Part shown: piece after piece, positions 56,622-61,723 of the stretch
How the letters are laid out: every line of letters starts with the position of its first letter
How positions within the stretch are numbered: the first letter of the stretch is position 1
NCBI GenBank assembly: GCA_045600145.1
Contig: JAZRXI010000087.1
Location: 1-61,723 of the forward strand
Origin: Clostridia bacterium
GTDB taxonomy: Bacteria; Bacillota; Clostridia; Christensenellales; QALW01
Length of the DNA: 61,723 nt
Reading direction: 5' to 3'
Notes under the pieces: model-generated
The model's database searches: none
What the model was told of the DNA's origin: nothing
Seen by the model: the letters and a program-made list of their open reading frames with translations, nothing else
Program-made: the position numbers and the translations under genes

Positions 56622-59222
56622 CTACCTTTTTACCGATACATTCAAGCCGTCCGCATCGGCGTCAACGGTGAGTATATCGTTCAAATCAAGATTTTCGGAA
56701 AGTATCACTTTTGCTATTGCGGTTTCGACATGGCTTTGTATATATCGCTTGAGCGGGCGCGCACCATAGACGGCATCAAAACCGTGCTCGGTGATATACT
56801 CCTTTGCACGGTCGGTCACGCAAAGGCGCAACGAGCTCGCCTCGAGTCGCTTTTCGAGCCGCGCAAGCAAAATATCAATGATCCCGCCGATATCGCTTTT
56901 CGTCAAAGGCTTATAGAATACCGTTTCGTCAAGTCGGTTGAGAAATTCGGGTCGGAAGCTTCGCTTAAGCAGTTCGTTGACCTCGGCTTTCGCATCGTCA
57001 CTGATTTCGCCGTCCTGTCCGATGCCGTCAAGCAGTATTTGTGAGCCGAGATTGCTTGTGAGGATTATTACAGTGTTCTTGAAATCCACTACTCTGCCCT
57101 GCGAATCGGTTATTCTGCCGTCGTCAAGCACCTGAAGCAGAATGTTGAATACATCCGGGTGCGCCTTTTCGATCTCGTCAAACAGTATGACCGAATACGG
57201 TTTTCTTCGTACCGCCTCGGTGAGCTGACCGCCCTCGTCGTATCCTACATATCCGGGAGGCGCTCCTATGAGCCTTGATACGGAAAATTTCTCCATATAC
57301 TCGCTCATGTCGATGCGGATAAGATTTTTTTCGTCATCGAACAAATTTTCGGCAAGCGCCTTGGCAAGCTCGGTCTTACCGACGCCCGTCGGGCCGAGAA
57401 ACATGAACGAGCCTATCGGACGGTTCGGGTCGGCGATGCCTGCACGTGAGCGCAGTATCGCCTCCGATACCTTTGTTACAGCTTCATTCTGACCTATCAC
57501 ACGCTTGTGAAGCTCATTTTCAAGATTCAACAGTCTGTCACGTTCACCCTCGACAAGCTTAGTAACGGGTATACCCGTCCATTTCGCAACGATGCCAGCT
57601 ATTTCGTCCATTGTGACGGTGTTGCGCACAAGCCCCGAGCCATTGCTTTTTTCGCTTTTTTCTACCGCAGTCTGTAGGCGTTTTTCAAGCTCAGGCATTA
57701 CCGAATATTTGAGCCGTGCCGCTTTTTCGTATTCAAGATTGCGTTGCGCCGCTTCCATTTCAAGTTGTGTTTTGTCTATTTCCGCCTTTACAGACTTTAC
57801 CGAATCGATTTCCTGCTTGCCACGCTCCCACTCCGCTTTCATTTCGTTGAAAATATCGCGTTCCGCGCTCAGCTCCTCACGAAGCTTTTGCAAACGCTCG
57901 ACCGACAGCGTATCGGTCTCTTTTGCCAGCGCCGTTTCTTCTATTTCGAGCTGTAATATTCTTCGCCTTGAATCATCAAGCTCCGACGGCATGGAATCTA
58001 TTTCCGTCCTTATCATCGCGCACGCCTCATCGACAAGATCTATCGCCTTGTCGGGCAAAAATCTGTCGGTTATATATCTGTTGGAAAGCGTAGCCGCCGC
58101 AACAAGTGCATTGTCGTGTATCTGCACGCCGTGGAATATCTCGTATTTTTCCTTCAAACCGCGGAGAATGGAAACGGTGTCCTCGACATTCGGCTCATCG
58201 ACCTGAACGGGCTGAAAACGCCTTTCGAGCGCTGCATCTTTTTCAATGTACTTGCGATACTCGTCAAGTGTGGTCGCACCTATGTAGTGAAGCTCACCGC
58301 GTGCGAGCATCGGCTTTAATAGATTGCCCGCATCCATCGCACCGTCGGTTTTGCCCGCGCCGACTATCGTGTGAAGCTCGTCTATGAATAGTATTATCCT
58401 GCCGTCACTGTTTTTTATTTCGTTCAGTACCGCTTTGAGCCGTTCCTCAAATTCGCCACGGAACTTCGCGCCGGCTATCAGCGCACCCATGTCGAGAGAA
58501 AATACGGTCTTTTCCTTTAAGCCTTCAGGCACATCACCACGCACTATACGCTGTGCGAGTCCCTCTGCGATAGCGGTCTTGCCGACACCCGGCTCACCTA
58601 TCAGCACGGGATTGTTTTTCGTCTTTCTTGAAAGGATCCGGATAACATTTCTTATTTCTGTATCTCTGCCTATAACAGGGTCGAGCTTGCCATCCTTGGC
58701 ACGTTCGACGAGGTCTGTCCCATACTTTTTCAGAGCCTCGTATGTCTCTTCGGGATTGTCACTCGTCACCTTTTGTCCCGCTTTTACGGTATCAAGCTCT
58801 TTTTTGAAGGCTTCGGTGCTTATGCCGAACTTTTTGAACAGCTCCTTGAGCTTAGGTGTGGAAAATTTGAATATCCCGAGCATTATATGCTCTACCGAAA
58901 TGTATTCGTCGCCGTTCTGCTTGGCGGATTTTTCCGCCTCTGAAAGTATCTTGTCGGTCTCGGGTGAAATATACACCTTGTCCGGCTCTCTGCCGCTTCC
59001 GCTGACCTTAGGCATCTCGGTTATGATTTCGTTCAGACTCGATGCAAGTCTGTCGACCGGAATGCTCATTTTTTCAAAAATGCTGCCTATCAGTCCGTTC
59101 TCCTGCTCGATAAGCGATGCAAAAAGATGCTCGGGCGCAATCTGCATATTTTGATTGCTTATCGCCCTTTGCTGTGCATCCTGCAATGCTTCAAGTGCCT
59201 TTTTTGTGAATTTATCCGTCAT
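56622..59222 (-). CDS. clpB: ATP-dependent chaperone/disaggregase ClpB
   Basis: 866 aa with two AAA+ modules ([18 protein letters not shown]), a long coiled-coil M-domain and a Clp N-domain. Confidence 0.95.
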   Translation of the reverse strand: MTDKFTKKALEALQDAQQRAISNQNMQIAPEHLFASLIEQENGLIGSIFEKMSIPVDRLASSLNEIITEMPKVSGSGREPDKVYISPETDKILSEAEKSAKQNGDEYISVEHIMLGIFKFSTPKLKELFKKFGISTEAFKKELDTVKAGQKVTSDNPEETYEALKKYGTDLVERAKDGKLDPVIGRDTEIRNVIRILSRKTKNNPVLIGEPGVGKTAIAEGLAQRIVRGDVPEGLKEKTVFSLDMGALIAGAKFRGEFEERLKAVLNEIKNSDGRIILFIDELHTIVGAGKTDGAMDAGNLLKPMLARGELHYIGATTLDEYRKYIEKDAALERRFQPVQVDEPNVEDTVSILRGLKEKYEIFHGVQIHDNALVAAATLSNRYITDRFLPDKAIDLVDEACAMIRTEIDSMPSELDDSRRRILQLEIEETALAKETDTLSVERLQKLREELSAERDIFNEMKAEWERGKQEIDSVKSVKAEIDKTQLEMEAAQRNLEYEKAARLKYSVMPELEKRLQTAVEKSEKSNGSGLVRNTVTMDEIAGIVAKWTGIPVTKLVEGERDRLLNLENELHKRVIGQNEAVTKVSEAILRSRAGIADPNRPIGSFMFLGPTGVGKTELAKALAENLFDDEKNLIRIDMSEYMEKFSVSRLIGAPPGYVGYDEGGQLTEAVRRKPYSVILFDEIEKAHPDVFNILLQVLDDGRITDSQGRVVDFKNTVIILTSNLGSQILLDGIGQDGEISDDAKAEVNELLKRSFRPEFLNRLDETVFYKPLTKSDIGGIIDILLARLEKRLEASSLRLCVTDRAKEYITEHGFDAVYGARPLKRYIQSHVETAIAKVILSENLDLNDILTVDADADGLNVSVKR

Positions 59223-59842
59223 ATCAAAACACCTCTTTCTGTGTATTCCTTTAATATTCTCCCTATATCAGTTTCTCCGAACTTGCCCGTAATATAATTT
59301 TTAAGACAAGCATCAAACATCTTTATATACGCGGATATCGCGTCGGCGGCTTCATTTGCCGTAAGATTTTTGTCTATACTTATGCTACGGACAAATCTGC
59401 CGTCGAAAAGCTCGTACTCGGGCTTTTTTGCACTGAGTGCCGATTCATGATACGCCCACAGCTTGAAAAAACCGTTCATCTCGGTCAAAAGCATTTGCGA
59501 TTGAGTGCGAAAAATAACGCTCAATCTGCCCGCCGTCAGTTCTGAACTGAATAACTCAACATCGTATTTGATCGTAGGACGGTATTTGTATTCAAGAATG
59601 CTTTTTAGCGACATCGTGCTTTGATTCGGAAGAACACACGGTATCATGTCGGTCAGATTCATCATTTCCTCTATCGTCCTGAAAATGTTGTCTATGCGCA
59701 TCTCCGGCGTAGTATATGAAACATATTCCGCCAATATGCGGTTTATCAGCTTCGAACGATTCGTGTTCTGCATCAGCGCCATGCGGTCTATTTCACGCAC
59801 TACCTCGTCGGTCAAAATTACACTGTATAAGCTTTTACTCAT
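59219..59842 (-). CDS. Ribbon-helix-helix (CopG/Arc-like) N-terminal domain protein, translationally coupled to clpB
   Basis: YSVILTDEVVREIDRMALMQNTNRSKLINRILAEYV fits the RHH beta-alpha-alpha pattern. A roughly 150-aa C-terminal domain of unknown family follows. 4-nt ATGA overlap with clpB. Confidence 0.55.
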   Translation of the reverse strand: MSKSLYSVILTDEVVREIDRMALMQNTNRSKLINRILAEYVSYTTPEMRIDNIFRTIEEMMNLTDMIPCVLPNQSTMSLKSILEYKYRPTIKYDVELFSSELTAGRLSVIFRTQSQMLLTEMNGFFKLWAYHESALSAKKPEYELFDGRFVRSISIDKNLTANEAADAISAYIKMFDACLKNYITGKFGETDIGRILKEYTERGVLI

Positions 59843-59866
59843 TATTTTTACCGCCTTTCTGTAATA

Positions 59867-59895
59867 ATTGTATCATCGGATTATATTTTTGTCAA
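59867..59895 (-). promoter_or_regulatory. Candidate sigma-A promoter for the RHH-clpB operon
   Basis: On the minus strand: TTGACA (59895-59890), a 17-nt spacer and TACAAT (59872-59867). Confidence 0.5.
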
Positions 59896-59946
59896 TACAT
59901 TTATATAAATTTTCACACAAATTTTATTATCGTACATATATTTTAC

Positions 59947-59975
59947 TTGACAATACACATTTATGAAGCTACAAT
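59947..59975 (+). promoter_or_regulatory. Candidate sigma-A promoter for the 60010 membrane-protein gene
   Basis: TTGACA (59947-59952), a 17-nt spacer and TACAAT (59970-59975). Confidence 0.5.
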
Positions 59976-60009
59976 ATTTCTACAAAAAAGTATGTAAGGA
60001 AGTGTTCAT

Positions 60010-60729
60010 ATGGCAAAAAAACAAAGTATATTTACAAGGTTGCTTCTATACATTATCGGTTTGTTGATAATCGCGCTCGGCATAAATATCTCAAAGCTTT
60101 CGGGACTCGGAATTTCGCCGGTCAGCTCGATCCCGGGCGTGCTTAACGCGATAATACCGTCGTTTTCACTTGGCAGTATGGTCATTATCGTATATATCGT
60201 GCTGATAATCGCGCAGATAATAGTGCTTCGCAAATCATTCAAGCTTGTCAACATTCTCGGCGTTCCGGTAGCGATAATATTCGGCTGGATGGTAGATTTT
60301 GTGGGTACTGCGGATTTTAAGCTTACTATCGGCGGTATCGACATCGGTATTGAACGTACATTTACGGGGCTTATGAAGCTTTTGAATGTTCCCAAGCCCG
60401 AAAGCTATCCGTTCAAGCTCGGATATCTTATCGTAAGCATAATAGTTATCGGTATAGGTGTATATATCTACTTAAAGCCGAAGCTCGTTCCGATGCCTGC
60501 CGAGGGGCTTGCACAGGCGATATCGCAAAAGAGCAAAATGAAGTTCGGAAACTGCAAGACGATCGTTGATATGTCGATGATACTCATAGCGGCATTACTG
60601 CAAATAATATTCCTCGGCGGATTTGCCTCGTTCACAACAAATCCCGTTGTGCGTGAAGGCACGATACTTTCCGCGTTCTGCGTAGGGCAGACGGTAAAAC
60701 TGCTGAATAAGATTTTTAAGAAAAGGTAA
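60010..60729 (+). CDS. Polytopic membrane protein (YczE/DUF6198-like)
   Basis: 239 aa with 6-7 TM segments. The N-terminus LLLYIIGLLIIALGINISKLSGLGISPVSSIP resembles the YczE-type family. Tentative. Confidence 0.45.
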   Translation: MAKKQSIFTRLLLYIIGLLIIALGINISKLSGLGISPVSSIPGVLNAIIPSFSLGSMVIIVYIVLIIAQIIVLRKSFKLVNILGVPVAIIFGWMVDFVGTADFKLTIGGIDIGIERTFTGLMKLLNVPKPESYPFKLGYLIVSIIVIGIGVYIYLKPKLVPMPAEGLAQAISQKSKMKFGNCKTIVDMSMILIAALLQIIFLGGFASFTTNPVVREGTILSAFCVGQTVKLLNKIFKKR

Positions 60730-60734
60730 AAAGT

Positions 60735-60770
60735 AAACGGAAGCTGTGTTGCTTGACAGCTTCCGTTTTT
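60735..60770. terminator. Bidirectional terminator between convergent genes
   Basis: 13-bp stem AAACGGAAGCTGT / ACAGCTTCCGTTT with flanking A/T runs. Confidence 0.75.
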
Positions 60771-60810
60771 ATCTACCTGTATTTCTTTATTTGCACACTG
60801 CGCTTCTCTC

Positions 60811-61248
60811 TTATTTGCACAGCTCAGCGACTATGGTGTTTATCATTTTACCCTCAGCCTTGCCCTTAAGCTCTGCCATTGCGGTGCGCATTATCATGCC
60901 CTTGTTTTTCTGTCCGATAAGCTCTGCACAGTTTTTGAGCAAGAACTCTTTTACTTCGGCTTCACTCATCATTTTCGGCGCGAATGCTTCTATCACGACG
61001 AGCTTCGCACTGTATTCATCCAAAAGATCGGTGCGTCCGGCGGGACATGTGTCTACCTGCTCCTTGAGCGATTTTACTTCCTTGATGATGACTCTGTCCA
61101 CAAGCTCTTCCGGGATATTGTCACGCACACCGTCGTCGATAGCTGCTTTTTTTACGGCGGCGACAAGTGACGATATCGCATCCTTTTTGATTTTATCTTT
61201 CGCCTTCATTGCGGCGATAAGTTCCTTTTGAAGTACTTCAAATTGCAT
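60811..61248 (-). CDS. GatB/YqeY-domain protein
   Basis: 145 aa. LQKELIAAMKAKDKIKKDAISSLVAAVK ... is typical of the YqeY family. Confidence 0.8.
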   Translation of the reverse strand: MQFEVLQKELIAAMKAKDKIKKDAISSLVAAVKKAAIDDGVRDNIPEELVDRVIIKEVKSLKEQVDTCPAGRTDLLDEYSAKLVVIEAFAPKMMSEAEVKEFLLKNCAELIGQKNKGMIMRTAMAELKGKAEGKMINTIVAELCK

Positions 61249-61318
61249 GATTTTATTCCTCCGATGCTTTATTTTTATAATATTGTACTATTTCATTTGA
61301 AAATCGTCAACAAACTAA

Positions 61319-61347
61319 TTGCAAAATTTTTGATGAAATGGTACAAT
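61319..61347 (+). promoter_or_regulatory. Candidate sigma-A promoter of glnS
   Basis: TTGCAA (61319-61324), a 17-nt spacer and TACAAT (61342-61347), about 30 nt upstream of the ATG. Confidence 0.45.
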
Positions 61348-61379
61348 ATATAATAAATTCTGGAAAATAGGTGTTAGAT

Positions 61380-61723
61380 ATGATCGAAGAAGCGAAGAAT
61401 AACTTTATCAAAGAAATAGTCGAAAACGACCTTGAGGCAAACGAAGGCAAGTTGAACATCGTTACGCGCTTTCCCCCGGAACCGAACGGATATCTTCATA
61501 TAGGTCATGCAAAGGCTATATGTGTTGATTTCGGCATAGCGAAGCAGTACGGCGGAAAATGCAACCTGCGTATGGATGACACGAATCCCGCAAAGGAAGA
61601 CAACTTCTATGTTGAAGCCATCTGCCGCGATGTCGAATGGCTCGGCTTCAAGTATGACAAGCTCTGCTTTGCCGCGGATTATTTTGAAACGATGTACGAG
61701 CAGGCGATAGTCCTTATCAAAAA
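61380..61723 (+). CDS. glnS: Glutaminyl-tRNA synthetase, 5' fragment (runs off the window end)
   Basis: Own translation from the ATG at 61380: [52 protein letters not shown]...LRMDDTNP, which includes the class-I HIGH motif in GlnRS context. It is absent from the ORF track because no stop lies in the window. Confidence 0.85.
   Translation, partial: MIEEAKNNFIKEIVENDLEANEGKLNIVTRFPPEPNGYLHIGHAKAICVDFGIAKQYGGKCNLRMDDTNPAKEDNFYVEAICRDVEWLGFKYDKLCFAADYFETMYEQAIVLIK

Noticed and set aside
57592-59154. 204-aa and 256-aa + strand ORFs
   Set aside because: Both are antisense to clpB. The Ser-rich shadow frames arise from the Glu/Leu-rich coding strand.
59843-60009. CIRCE or CtsR operator upstream of clpB
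   Set aside because: By eye I found no TTAGCACTC-N9-GAGTGCTAA and no tandem GGTCAAA heptads.

Overview
This 61.7-kb window looks like chromosome from an anaerobic, endospore-forming Firmicute of class Clostridia. SpoIIE, SpoIIID, a four-subunit [FeFe] hydrogenase, PFOR and a dockerin-bearing surface protein suggest a Ruminococcus/Oscillospiraceae-like organism, but the taxon is inference only. Most of the window is ordinary core genome. It contains nahK with a RibU-type ECF S component, hndABCD-type hydrogenase genes, rpsF-ssb-rpsR and an HtrA protease. It also contains a GH3 enzyme, the UPF0237/UPF0210 pair, malQ, spoIIE, an MsmX-like ATPase, a GH78-like hydrolase, pepF, glmM, spoIIID and cdaA-cdaR. 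Further along are zur-znuACB, pduL next to PFOR, minDE, rpiB, clpB, a yqeY-like gene and the 5' end of glnS. Two tRNAs are present: Leu-UAA and Gly-CCC. I saw no CRISPR array, rRNA, transposase or integrase.

The most unusual stretch is an AT-richer block at about 47.8-54.3 kb, between a glycerophosphodiesterase gene and minE. It holds a tightly coupled minus-strand operon: a divergent U32-like protein, three paralogous QueG/RdhA-superfamily Fe-S proteins and a small cupin. A divergent AraC-family regulator faces this operon and is interrupted by a single in-frame TAA. About 1.1 kb of frameshifted coding debris and repeat sequence follows. I flag this operon as a candidate uncharacterised anaerobic redox module.

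Other points worth a second look:
- a mosaic intergenic repeat family with a hairpin core at four loci
- the conserved cdaA-cdaR-glmM arrangement split by about 5 kb of inserted genes (DUF5685, a J-protein, a GLUG/dockerin giant protein, spoIIID)
- a ribbon-helix-helix protein translationally coupled to clpB

All calls come from reading the sequence and ORF translations. No database searches were run.
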